Source of the DNA: Camelus dromedarius
Taxonomy: Eukaryota
Length of the DNA: 64,000 bases
Assembly (NCBI RefSeq): GCF_036321535.1
Contig: NC_087436.1
Coordinates: 30,072,001 to 30,136,000, forward strand
Reading direction: 5' to 3'
The notes under the pieces were generated by a model. The model had not been told where the DNA came from. It did not search any database and saw nothing but the letters and a program-made list of their open reading frames with translations. The position numbers and the translations under genes were made by a program. Each line of letters starts with the position of its first letter. Position 1 is the stretch's first letter. Shown here one piece after another: positions 39,008 through 51,598 of this stretch.

Positions 39008-40638
39008 TTTTTTCTCTGGCTTTATTGTGATAAAATTGACATATAGCACTGTGTAAGTTTAGGGTAAACAGAATAACAATTTGACTTGACTTGCATATAT
39101 TATGAAATGATTACCACAGTAAGTTTAATTAACATTCATCATCACATGTGTGTGTGTGTATATATATGTATATATATACATATATGTATTTCCCCTTGTG
39201 GTGAGAACTCTTAGGTAGGTACTTTCTCTCTCTCTCTCTCTGTCTTTCTCTCTGTCTCTCTCTCTCTCTCTCTATAATAGTAATATATAATAACCTTTAT
39301 ATATATTATAATAACTTTTATATTTATTATAAAGTGTGAACTATTGTCATCATGTTGTAAATCATATCTGCAGTATTTATTTATTTTGTAAATTGAAGTG
39401 TGTACATTTTGACCACCTTCATTCAGTTCCCCCATCTCACTGCAGCATCTGGCTACCACAAATCTGGTATCTTTTCTCATAAGTTTTTTTTTTTGTTTTG
39501 TTTTGTTTTGTTTTGTTTTGATTTGTTTTAGATTTCACATCAGAGTGAGATCATACAGTATCCATCTTTATCTGACTTATTTCAGTTAGCATGGTGCCCT
39601 CACAGACTATCCATGTTTTCACAAATAGCAGGATTAACTCTTTTTTTAAGGCTGGGTAATATCTGTTTCTGTCTCTGTCTCTGTATCTGTATCTACAACT
39701 TCTTTATCCATTTGTCCATCAAGGGCAACTTAGGTTGTTTCTATGTCTTGGCTATTGTAAATAATGCTGCTCTCAACATGGGGACACAGATATCTCTTAA
39801 ACATACTGTTTTGTTTTCTTCAAATTTCTAGAAATAGAATTGCTGGATTATATAATAGTTCTATTTTTTTTAATTTTTGGAAGAACCTCCATACCATTTT
39901 TCATAGTGATTAGGCCAGTTTACATTCCTACAAACAGTGTACTACAAGGGTACACACTTCCAGCATTTGTTATCTGTTGTCTTTTTCATAACAGACACCC
40001 TAACAAGTGTGAGATGATATATTGTGGTTTTAATTTCAATTTTCCTGATGATTATTGATGTTAAGCACTGTATTGTCTATCTGTTGGTCATTTGTAGGTC
40101 TCTTCTGAAAACTTGTCTTTCAGATCCTTCCACCCATTTTTTTAATGTATTATTCGTAGGTTTTGATTTTGTCTTTGTTTGTTTTGTTTTGTTTTTTACT
40201 ATTGAGTTATATGAGTTTCCTTTATTTTTCGGATGTTAATCCCTTTTCAGATACTTGATTTGTAAGTATGTTTTTTTCATTCCATAAGCTGGCTTTTCGT
40301 TTGTTGATTGTCTCCTTTGCTATGCAGAATCTTTGTAGTCTGATGGAGTCTTAGCTGTTCATGCTTTATTTAGTTGCTTATGCTTTAGGTGTCAGATCTA
40401 AAAGATCATTGCCGAGATCATATCAAGGAGCTTTTTCTTATGTTTTCTTCTAGAAGTTTTATGGTTTCAGGTTTTACATGAAAGTCTTTAATCCAGTCTG
40501 AGTTATTTTTTGTTGTAAATTTTAGGATTTTTTTCTACTTTTGTATAAAATATTTTAGAATCTTGATAGGAATTGCATTAAATCTATAGATAGCTTTGGT
40601 TTATATGGACATTTTAACAATATTAATTCTTCCAGTCC
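39008..40638 (-). mobile_element. L1MA9-like 3' UTR and ORF2 (non-inverted part of a 5'-inverted insertion)
   Basis: Continuous antisense L1 from the 3' end to ORF2 'SWTGRINIVKM'. Contains (TG)/(TA) and (CT)n expansions at 39147-39272. Confidence 0.9.
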
Positions 40639-41378
40639 ATGAACCTACTAAGAGTGAATCAGAAAGAAACAGAAAATCTGAACAGACCAATTACTAGTAA
40701 GATTGAATCAGTAATCAAAAATTTCCCAAAGAAGAGTCCAGCACAGGATGCCCTCAATGGTGAATCTTACCAAACATTTAAGGAAAAATTAAAGCAATCC
40801 TTCTCAAATTCTTCCCAAAAATTGAAGAGGAGGAAAACTTTCAAACTCATCTTACAAGGTCTGCATTACCCTAATACCAAAGCCAGAAAAGAACACCACC
40901 AGAAAAGAAAACTACAGGTCAGTATCCCTGATGACTAGATGAAACAATGTTCTATAAAATACTAACAAACCAAGTTCAGCCGCACATTAAAAGGTTCATT
41001 TACCATGACCAAGTAGGATTTATTTCTAGAATGTAAGGATGGTTCAATATAGAAAAATGAATGTAATACATCAGTAGAATGAAAGGAAAATTATTTGATC
41101 ATCTCAATGGATACAAAAAATAATTTGACAAAATTAAATACTTGTTCATGATAAAAACTCTCAACAAATTAGATGTAGAAGGAAAGTACCTCAACATAAT
41201 AAAAGCTACGTGTGAAAAGACTACAGCTAACATTATGCCCAATGTTGAAAGGTTGAAAGCTTTTCTGTAAGATCAGAAACAAGACAAAGGTGCTCACTCT
41301 AACTACTCTATTTCAACACAGTACTGGAAGTCCTAGCCAAAGCCAAGAAAAAAATATAAAAGGAATCATAATGGAAAA
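40639..41378 (+). mobile_element. L1 ORF2 segment in opposite orientation (inverted 5' part)
   Basis: ORF 40639 'NLLRVNQKETENLNRPITSKIESVIKNFPKKSPAQDALNGESYQTFKE' is L1 ORF2p. The segment runs to 'gtactggaagtcctagcc'. Confidence 0.92.
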
Positions 41379-41549
41379 GTTTTTATTTCAATTGATAGGT
41401 TGATCAAAATGAAAACAAATATTGTCCTTTTTGTTTTAGTCAAAAATAATTAAGAATAATATGGTACATGATAATTTAACACATTGAAAAGTATATTTTC
41501 AGATGTCATGGTGCACATTTTTATAGGGTAACAATGGAAAATGCTTCAT

Positions 41550-42409
41550 TATTTAGGTAAAACTATTTAGTACCAATTCCAGTGTGAGTGTGGGGGTAGG
41601 GGGTGGGGTCAGGGTGGGGAGTTCTCCACAGCAACAAACAATTCTCTGACAGAAGCTGGGTGTCCTACAATTCAGCCCAATTCTGACACTATCTACCTGG
41701 AGCTAGCATCAGATCCCACAGGCTAAGGGCCCAGTCCTATGAGATTGCCACCCATCAACTTCAGATGCCAATTGCAAGTCCAGAATGGGCTTCTGACCAG
41801 CAGCTATAGACTAGAAGTTCCAACAGATTCTTTGTCAGGTTTGATTAGTTAGCTAGAGTAGTTCACAAAACTCAGAGAAACATTTTACTTACTAGATTAC
41901 TGGTAAAAGGATACAACTCAGGAACAGCAGATGGAAGAGATGCATTAGGAAAGCTATGGGGAAAGGAGCTTCCATGGCCTCTCCAAGTGTGCCATTCTCC
42001 CCAAATGTCCATGTGTTCCCCAACCTAGAAGCTCTCTGAACGTTGTGCTACTGAGAGTTTATGGAGGCTTCGTTACATAAGCACACCTGATCAAATCATT
42101 GGCCATGGACAACTGATTCAACCTCCAACTCCTCTCCTTTACCTGGAGGTCAGAAGGTGGGACTAAAAGTTCCAACTCTCTAATCATAAGTCTGGTTCCC
42201 CTGTCAACCAGGCCCCATCTTTTGGTGTAATTCAGAAATCACCTTATTAATATCAACTCAGATGTGATTGAAGAAATTTGTTATGACTATTAAGACGTCT
42301 TTTTTGCTCTTATCAACTAGGAAATTCCAAAGGTTTTAGAAAGAAACTCTTTGTCAGATGCCAGATGAAGACCAAATATTTATTTTTTATTTTAAATCAT
42401 AAAGCCACA
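41550..42409 (-). mobile_element. MER21-like solo LTR
   Basis: 'gctgggtgtcctacaattc...aattctgacactatctacctggagctagcatcagatcccacagg', 'aactcaggaacagcagatggaagagatgcat', ends 'cataaagccaca'. Confidence 0.8.
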
Positions 42410-43629
42410 TTAGGAATTATGAAATTAGATGTCATCCAGTTAATATATCACTAGGTTACACAATTTAGGGCAAATAAACCAAATTAAAATTGCGTTATAT
42501 TTTATTTTTCAATATTTGATGACATTCTATACACTTATGAAAAATAACACATGGGAAAAAAAGATATATAAACTAGCAGGTGATTATGGTATTTCCTTGG
42601 CATACAATATAAACAGGCAGCATATTATACCACAAGTTGACATTCACTAGAAAAATAAAGATTGAACATTTCCATTACTAATTTGTTTGTTTATACTAAA
42701 TTTTTCAGTTGAAGTATCCTGATTGGCTTAATTTTTTTAATCTCTTAAAAACTCCATTTTTCCTGGACTATGTGAGCTGCACATATTTAAACCTCTTAAA
42801 ATATGGATGTGAGCAATTTCACTCTATTAACATTTAAATATGAGTTGTGTATTGCAATTACAACAGTATCTAACTGAAATTAGAAAACTGCAGATTATCA
42901 TTGGGAGAAGATGAAACATCAAATAAGTTGTAGAACCAAATGAAGCCTGAAAGGTATTAATTTCACCAAACTATATAATAAATGATATCTGTACATACAA
43001 GAAAGGCAAATAAATTCATCCACATATAGAAAAATAAGAATAAAAGTCAATTACTATTATAATAACAATCAATCATCATGTGAACATGATAATGATAATA
43101 TGTAGCAGTTACATAGTTTTGTAAATGGCTAATGTTCTCCAGATAATGCAAATAGAATATAAACAAATTGTCAAATATTTGAAATTGTAAAAACCTTTAA
43201 ATATACTTGCCAGTATAACTCAGAATTTTATTAGGCTTTGATTCTGCACATACATAAAGTATATTTCATAAACCTGTAATTTTGATTTTGATTGACTCTA
43301 AAACAATTATCATAATGAAAAGCAATGGCCAGATCAAACAAATCAGTGAAATAATTTTCCTGGATGTGAAAATTAGTTTTCTTTTAGATGAACAGAATTA
43401 AATGAAATAGTGGAAAAAATATTAGAGATAGCCTAATGAGTCAGATAGATGGAAGTCAAAATGTTATTTTTTATATTGGTAAAGCTTTTTTTTGGGGGGG
43501 GGGAGAATGCTACATAAATGTGTGAATAAATGTGGTACAATTATTTCACCCCAAAATTAAACATAGTAATTCACCCAGTGAAGAATGAAGTTAAAGCAGC
43601 AGAGCTGTGATCCATTTCTATCCTGATTA

Positions 43630-44135
43630 TAAAGGAGATACCCCAGGGAAAAGAAAGCTGCTGACCTAATCTAGTACTGTTGATAATCGGATCACCCAGT
43701 AAATAGACTACTGATATTTGCTAGGCAGAAATTTTTATCTTTGGAAATCTCACAGGATAACGTCTAAGGTTCAGTATTATTAACAAGACACAAACCACTG
43801 TCTGTGGATTTATAACATGACACTCTGGAAAACGCAATGCAAGCAATGTAACACTGGTGCTATAAAATGGAGATGTTAGATGAACCTAAATGATCTCCAC
43901 CACATGAGATGACACACTGACCTTACTTAGAAACTGTCACTATTGGTCTCGAACAGGGAGCCTGTGTCTGACGTGAGAAGGAAGGACCTAAAGAACCAGA
44001 TAGGGTGTCCCAGACCTCTCTCTGCTTCATCTATGCTGCTTCATTGCTGAATCCTTGAAATTATTAGTAAAGCTTGACACTGCAAGATCTCTGATTTAGT
44101 GAGCTGATTTGATAATCTGATTGGTGGTGGTAGCT
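43630..44135 (+). mobile_element. Possible ancient LTR with adjacent PBS-like start of internal sequence
   Basis: TATA-like 'ctataaaa' (43860), poly(A)-like 'agtaaa' (44067) and 'tggtggtggtagc' just after. Family not assigned. Confidence 0.3.
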
Positions 44136-47100
44136 GCACCGTGAGCAGGATTGTCTTCCAGCCAGGTTGTAGCTACTTACCCAACTTCGGTCTGAAGGGC
44201 CAAAATCTTTGAGGCAAATTACAAGAAATGAGTGTAACCTTTGGAGTTGATAAAATTAGATCCAACGGGGCTGGCTAGTGAATGATAGGGAAAATATGGA
44301 GGAAGAAACGCTCAAAAATACTCTATTTCCTGTATTTATCTAACAGCCTTGAAAAAATCTAGACCTTTAAGAGAGGACAATATTGTAGAAGTAAGTAAAT
44401 CTGTTAATTCTTTTTTGTTTTTAATCATGTGTATAATCAATTTATGCAGTTTGGATTACTTGGAGAGATGCCTAATTTTCTCACAAAATAACTCAGTTAA
44501 GGTCTTTAAAAGGCTATATATAGGTAATTGGAGACCTAGGTCAGATACCTGCCAAATTCTAAGGACGTTGTGTTAAAGAACTCCAACATTTTGGAGAAAT
44601 ACTAACAGAGTCTGATGAATCATTAATGGCATGCTCTTAGAATTAATAATTGGAGCAATTGCTAATTTTAGATACTACTGAAGAGACTGAATGATTTAGG
44701 CCTTCAATATTGATTAATCTTAGTTTTGGAAATTGAAAATATCTGGTGTTTATTTTATTACTATTTGTACACTTATGATCTAAGTCTGTTATATAATAGA
44801 AGACTTGTAATATTAAACAGGTCATGGGCCAGCTGCACTCCACCTTCTTCAGGTAACACAGAACAAGAGGCACGTTGGGTTTCTGGATCTCCCTCTACTC
44901 AAAAATTCAGAGAACCTTGAATATATTTACAGTATATTTACATTACACACAACACATACTACATTCACAAACACAAATATATTGAAGAAAAAAGTTTGAA
45001 AACCTCTTGCATAATTAAAAGTTTCTGTGTCATGTTAAAGCTATGATGAAGCACATGTTTTTTCAAAAGTCCTACAATTTTGCATTCTTTTAAGTTTTTC
45101 TAAAATACTATGAAAGCAAATGATCTTTACGAGACTATCAATAATCTAAAAATAGCAAGTAAGTTTCCCCAGTGGCTGCAGGATTTTCTATTATTTTTAA
45201 TTAGAAATATTAATGAGTATAGTTAAATTAATGAGTATAATAAAAATGAAACTTAATTTTACTCCATGTGGATATTTTGAATGCAGAGGTTTGCCTACAT
45301 GAAAAAAAAAAAAAGAAAAAAAAAAAGAAAACAACTCTTTCAATTTCCTTGAGACATTATTTTTTTGTTTTAATGTTGCTTGGCTTTACCCCATGTGAAC
45401 ATACAGTATTTATTATCAGGCTTAAAATGGGAAGAAAAATGAAAATTTAAAGTTCTATCTGATTTTGCTGACAGTTGATTTGATGTTGTCTATAAAAAGC
45501 AAATTGATTTTATTTGGGAAATGCCTTTAAAATATATGTATGAATCTCACTGTTTTGCCATCCATTTAAAATATGAAAATAGCTGTTTGCTTTTAAGATT
45601 AAAAAAACCTCACTTAAAATGATTCAGAGGGTGATTACAATTTGATACTTAATATGTAATATGATTACCCAACATTGTAATTCCCAGTCATAACTGCTGT
45701 AAAAACTTAATATATTTTCTGCAGTGTTTTGCAACACATTTACATACATGCACATATGCACCCCAAAATGCACACATATACTGAAACCATGTTATAAATT
45801 CCCTCTTAGGATATTTTCCCATGAGAGCAGTTTTATATGGTACAGATTGGTGTTGACTACGAATGTTCTTATTATTGCTTTTGACAATATATTTTTATAT
45901 AGTTTGTATATATATTTGATCCGAGTGTAATAAAATATAATAGATCTGAGTGTAATAATTTTTTAAATTTAGTTTTTTTTACTTCTATGATTTACTTTTT
46001 ATTATATGTTGTCATAATAGGATAATAATTATTTGTAATTTTTCTTTTTAGTCTAAAGACAAAGTCTTGTTTCCTTTTTTTTAAACTCTATTCCATTTTA
46101 AAATTGTCTAATATAGATATCTTACCACTTTTATTATTGTTGTTATGAATTCCCAACATTGTAGACATGTGTAGAATTTTGTCTTTTTTTTGTTAGAGAA
46201 TTTCCTTATTCTTGATCTTAAATGAATCATTAGATTTCAAACAAGTTTCCATGGTTTTACATTTTCAACAATTTTCCCTGCTACATAGTGAGTCCCTTAG
46301 ATCTTACCATGTAGTCTCTTGTATCTATAGGTTCAAAACTTCTTTTATACATCTGAAACATTTTTTATCTTTTATTAAGTTTTTTATTTATTTTATGCTT
46401 AAATATTTATATGTTTAAATTATTATATGATATCCAATTCCATCATAGTTTTATATGATTATTTATAATCCTTTGTAGTTTTCCCCTTATAGCCGGGTAA
46501 TTTCTCTTCAGTTCTCTTCACCATTTGATTGTCTTGTTGATTCTACAATAATATATTGAATGCTTATGTTGTGCTAGGATTCACAAAGTTGTCTTTGTAG
46601 AAAAAAGCTACTGTATTCCTATTATTATAGAGTTTATAGTCCCAGTGTGAGACAGCACTGTGGGAGATAGATATCATGTAAATAAACAGTTATATGTAGA
46701 AAAAGAGTATATTGTTACATATTATGACAATTCTTCTGAAGAAAAATTGTTCCAACAAAAATTACCATATCTAGAAATTAATATTTAGGTTGAGGAATCA
46801 AAAATAGCCTCCCTGTGAAATGACATTTACAGAATTAAAACATTAAATAGGAGTTAGGTAGACACTGGGGAGTGGAGAGAGCACTTTAAGAAGAGGGCGT
46901 GTCATGTGAGAAGTTGTTAAAGATTAAGATAGGGTCCAAGTATTTGAAAGAAGCTAAAGTGATTGAAGTAAATTAAAAGTTTGAGGTTGGGGAAGTTGTT
47001 TTGTTCATGCTGCACAAATACATTGCTTATTTACATTGTGCTGGCCATTGTAACTACTGCTGTCGTTTCAATATGCTGGGTAACGCTCTAACTCTTCACA

Positions 47101-47167
47101 CATGTTAATTCTTTAATCTTCAAATAATTCTAAAACAAATAATTCTAATAGGTACTGTAATAATTAA

Positions 47168-47536
47168 TAAGCAGAAACCTCAATTAAACTATAGTCAGGA
47201 GGCCAGAAAGAGGAGCTTTCACATCCTAAGATGATAGCAGAACCCAAGAGGAACTTCCTCTTCTTGCCTGGCCAGAACTCAGCCAGTGAAAGACCATCAC
47301 AAGTCAGCCAATGAAAAGCCACTATGAAGTCTCGGTTCCTCCAGTGGGCTCTTTGTTTACTCTCGCTCTCCCAACTTCCTTTTCCCCACTATAAGAGAGT
47401 TCTCCTCTCCTTGTTGCGCTGGATTTGCATATGGCTTGTGATGGTTACAGACTCTGAAACACAATTCTTTGCTGATCCCGAATAAACCCATTGTTCCTAG
47501 AGAAATAACTAGCAGCCTATTTGATTAAAGTCATCA
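47168..47536 (+). mobile_element. ERV1-class solo LTR inserted in a MIR
   Basis: CCAAT, TATA-like 'ctataaga' and 'cgaataaaccc'; ends 'aaagtcatca'. MIR halves lie at about 47060-47165 and 47537-47670. Confidence 0.75.
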
Positions 47537-48322
47537 TTTATTTAATGAATGAGAAAAGTTAGGCATTGAGCAGCTGAGTGATTTAAGGCCACACAACTGG
47601 GAAGTGGTGAAGATACAGGCTTCAAAGCTGTCAGTCTGGCTCTCCAGTCTGCTCTCTTAATCAGTGTACTTGCTGTACTGCCAGTCAAAGATTTTGTATT
47701 TTAATCTACGGACAATGGAAAGATACAAAAAGATTTAAAGTGTAGGAATAATACAATAACTTTATTCTTAAACATCACACATGGCTGCTTGTGCCAAATG
47801 AAACAGGAATTCATAAGAGTGAAACTGAGGTGAGAAATTGGTTAGCTACTGTAGTTTAGGTCAGAAGTAATGCTGGTTATGTTTAGGGTAAGGCTAGTGT
47901 GTGGCTGAAACACATTGGCTTTGTTTTGTTAGCTCCGTCAGGCCAGCAGTCCTCCTCCTTCCCCTTTCTACCTGACTGAGCTTTAGCCTACTCACAAGGC
48001 ATGTGCTCAAGCCAGGTAAGTTCACTATCAACTTTTACTCCTGTCTTCATCTGGTTTGAAAAGTGGAAGGATGCCTCTTGCTGACACAGATGGTTAATGG
48101 ACATGAGATGGCCATGGGGAGGAAAAACTCCCAGTTCCCTTCCATGCGGACATGATTCTCCTTAGTTGTCAGATTCTATTTTTAGCTTTGGCCCTTTTAA
48201 ATCCCCCACTGCCCCTTTCCCTAGTGTGTTGTGCAGCTGCGAATGCCCCCGGATCCTCAGTATGCCCCATCCTTCCTGCCTCCACGTAAGATGGAAGTTA
48301 CCTACAGTAAACTTCACAGTTG

Positions 48323-48822
48323 TGTTCGGGGGTAGAAGGGTTCTTGCCTCGCCCAGGAAAGAATTCAATAGCAAGGCATGGTAAAGTGAAAGTAAGTTTA
48401 TTTAGAGAGATACGTATTCTATAGACAGAGTGTGTCTTTCTCCCTCAGAAGGGAAAAAGGCTTCGGAGATATACACTCCATACACAGAGTGTAGGTGAGT
48501 GTGACAGAGCCAGAGCAAGAGCGGCCACGAGGTGCTGGAGCTGTTAGGTTTTATGGGCTCAGTAATTTTGTATGCCAATGAGTAGGATTATTCCAACTAG
48601 TTTGAGGAAGGGGCGAGGATTTCAGGAAACACCCTACTACCCGCTTTTTGACATTTTATGGTAAGCGTAATAACTGTCATCGCACCTGTGGGTGTGCCAT
48701 GAGGCTCAAGGTCTACTAGAAGTCAGATCTTCTGCCATCTTGGTTCTGACCAGTCTGTCCTGTCCTCAGTTGCTGTGTCACTCCTTCAATGGTTGTGCCC
48801 TACCCCCTTTCCTCCCACTTTC
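48323..48822 (-). mobile_element. Relatively young lineage-specific ERV1 solo LTR
   Basis: Begins TGTTCGGG, antisense poly(A) signal 'gtttatttag', many retained CpGs, flanked by GTTG at 48319-48322 and 48823-48826. Confidence 0.75.
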
Positions 48823-49559
48823 GTTGCACTTTATGGAGTTGCTCGCTTCATTTTTCATTTTTTCTTATATTCCTTCTCACTTTGGAGGATGTTATTCAGT
48901 ATCTCTGCCTCCCAACAGCCAGTTTAGATTGGAAAAATCGGTTGGTTCAAATGTATACTAGAGAATGCATTGAAGGATTTGTGTTAACCTGAAAATGGGT
49001 TATGAAAAAAAAAACCAAAGATGGGCGGAGTGGGAAGAGCATTTTACTGAAATAGAGAGAAAAGGTCCGTTGTGGGAAAGAAACAGGTCAGTTACGAAAA
49101 TGTTAATTTGGAAATGCTCAAGTTATCCAAATATTTGACTCTTACATAAACTCAGAGTTCAGAAAAAATGGTATTTATTAAAATAAGAATGGGTAAAATC
49201 AGATATAGGGAGCAATGACACTTACTTTTAAGTGTGAAATTGTATTTAACAAACAATATGTGGGTCCAAAGTGTGTTCATTGATGCAAGAATCTCATTCC
49301 TTCCTTCTTGACTTTCTTAGGGACAGAGTGAATTATCTATCCATCTATCTAACTATCATCTGTTTTCACACATACACTTTAAAAATATAATACTTCATAT
49401 TGTGTTAGTTATATATATAGATATAGATACATGACAGAAGTATAGCTATTTTTATATCTTTACCTTATGATTAGTCCTAGAATACAACTGAAATACATTT
49501 CAAATTGCTATGAACTCCACTTTTGTCAAATAAATGAACTACCTCAGCAACAGTATCCG

Positions 49560-50037
49560 TGAAGGAGAAGGAAACAGTTTAAACTGACTTCCCTGGTGCT
49601 CAAACTGTTTGATGATTCTAAGAAACCCTGCAGTTTGTTTTATCTCCTTTACTGCTTTTGTGCTAAATAGCCCCCAAACTTTTCCCTTACATTCTTTAAC
49701 CGTGAGGCTATGCTCTAGGAAGGAGGTAATGGGCCAATAATCTTAGAAGGATGGACCAACCCTCCACAGTTCCCCCATGACGCCACAAACATTCCAGGTT
49801 AAGAGGAATGTAGCAGCACCCTGCAAAATGCCCTGATTGTTTACACCTTTTCTGTTCCATTCTGTTTTTCTATAAAACCTCAAGACCCCAGCCTCAGGAT
49901 GGAGTCACAGTCTCTAAGGCATTAGCCTGCCAACTCCTGTTTGCCTGGCAAAGCAATAAAGATGTTATTTTCCTTCCAAAACTGCCTCCAAATCTCAGTC
50001 CATCTTTAAAGGTACAGAGGCCGGTTTAGCAGCAACA
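49560..50037 (+). mobile_element. ERV1-class solo LTR
   Basis: TGAAGG...GCAACA termini, 'ctataaaa' TATA, 'ttgcctggcaaagcaataaag' poly(A) region. Confidence 0.75.
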
Positions 50038-50182
50038 TCATCAACAATAATTAGACAAAAGGATGAATACTGTCTTCTTTTTTGTACTGTTCACTAAGTA
50101 CTATTTGATCATTCACACAGAAATTAATTTACAGTGCTGTGCATTTGACATTATTTTATCACGTATTTAGTTAACTGATGAC

Positions 50183-50575
50183 GGTAAGGGTTAAAAAAGA
50201 GACAGGAGGCCAAAATGGAGACACTTGTACCAAGCCCAGGTCACCAAACGAGGACCTAATGCCTACACCAGTTGCAGTTCAAACTTTCCCAATAATATGA
50301 TCTTAACTAGTTAACCTGGAATTTCCTGTTCAGCACTAGTGAGGTCCTGATAGATTTCTTGCATCCCCCAGAGGAAGGTGGTCTTGCCTGAAACAATCGT
50401 TTCTTTTGTTTGTGACCTTCATCCTTCCCCTTTCTACCTTTGAAAACCTTTCTTTTTCTGCAGCTCTTTGGAGCACCCTTTCTATCTGCTCCATGGGATA
50501 CCGCCTGATTCATGTATCCTTGAATAAAGCCAATTAGATCCTCAGATTTACTCAGCTGAGTTTTGTTTTTTAACA
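50183..50575 (+). mobile_element. ERV1-class solo LTR
   Basis: 'ggccaaaatggag' near the 5' end; 3' end 'gaataaagccaattagatc...ttttgttttttaaca'. Confidence 0.75.
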
Positions 50576-51536
50576 TAAGAAAACAGGATATTTTCACTTA
50601 ATAAGTGATCTTTAACTCTATCTGCTTTTCCTTCATAAATATTAGTACCAAGAGTTACTCTACCTGGTTCGAGAAACTACTGTTAGCGGGAGTGTGAGCC
50701 ATGAACAATCAGAATTTTTGGTTTGTTCTTTGTTATTTTGCATATCAAGTGAAGATAATTTACATCAGCGATATTCACTGACTCTCACAAACTGCTTTGT
50801 CAAATTGAGGGTACTCTCTTTAACATAGTAGTGTATTGCTGTTGTTCTTTGTTAGAGCATGCTCTTAAGGTTTGAGCTTCTGTGTGTGTACGTTAAATCA
50901 GAGATTATTTTTAAAAACAAAATAACAAAACTCTCTATTTTATTCTCAGTATAATAGACCCTGCAAAACTTGGTGTGTGGTAAAGACAAGTCTCTCAGTG
51001 TAATCGTCAGGAGTGCCCCGTGTCTCCTACAAATTTCCTCAGGCCTCTAGACAGCCTTTGTTTTTGAAATTAAACAACTAATTTTCCAGACTCTCATCTA
51101 TATTTTTTTTAATATTGACTTCTTATTTCATGAAAGGTATTATATGGTGATTCTGTGCATTTTACTCTTACTTGCAAATTGGAATGTTAATTGGAGGATG
51201 TCTCAGAATATTTTCTAGTTATTTTCTATAGCAGTGAATTTATAACATGTTCTATAACATTTAATATGAGATGATGAATATTTATGAAAAGCATGCTTTT
51301 TGATTTTACACAAACTTCAATATATGGCAGAGAATCCTTGGGGTTTAGTTTGCATAAATTATATTTTTTGACATACATGAAGTCCCCACACCATTTTTAA
51401 TTCTCTTTGCTCATTTTGTTTTTGTTGGTGTTTAGATATATTTTTTCTCTTAATCTATAGTTAACCTACCATTTTCATCATGAGTATTAACTTTGAAATA
51501 TTCCAATGGTAATACATTTTAAACTATATATTGTGC

Positions 51537-51537
51537 A

Positions 51538-51595
<58 letters not shown>
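51537..51595. repeat. Compound (TG)n(TA)n microsatellite
   Basis: Directly visible perfect arrays. Confidence 0.95.

Positions 51596-51598
<3 letters not shown>

Larger units (their letters stand above)
46540..49150 (-). mobile_element. Fragmented L2 (about 46540-46990, 47690-47900, 48960-49150) hosting MIR and LTR insertions
   Basis: 'tattgaatgcttatgttgtgctagg...gagtttatagtcc', 'gattttgtatttttaatct...aatggaaag', 'ttactgaaatagagag' are antisense L2 motifs in order. Confidence 0.55.

Noticed and set aside
45205..45960. Short tandem micro-duplications (attaatgagtata x2; gatc.gagtgtaataa x2), similar ones near 31085, 47120 and 58670
   Set aside because: Ordinary replication-slippage products with only two or three units.
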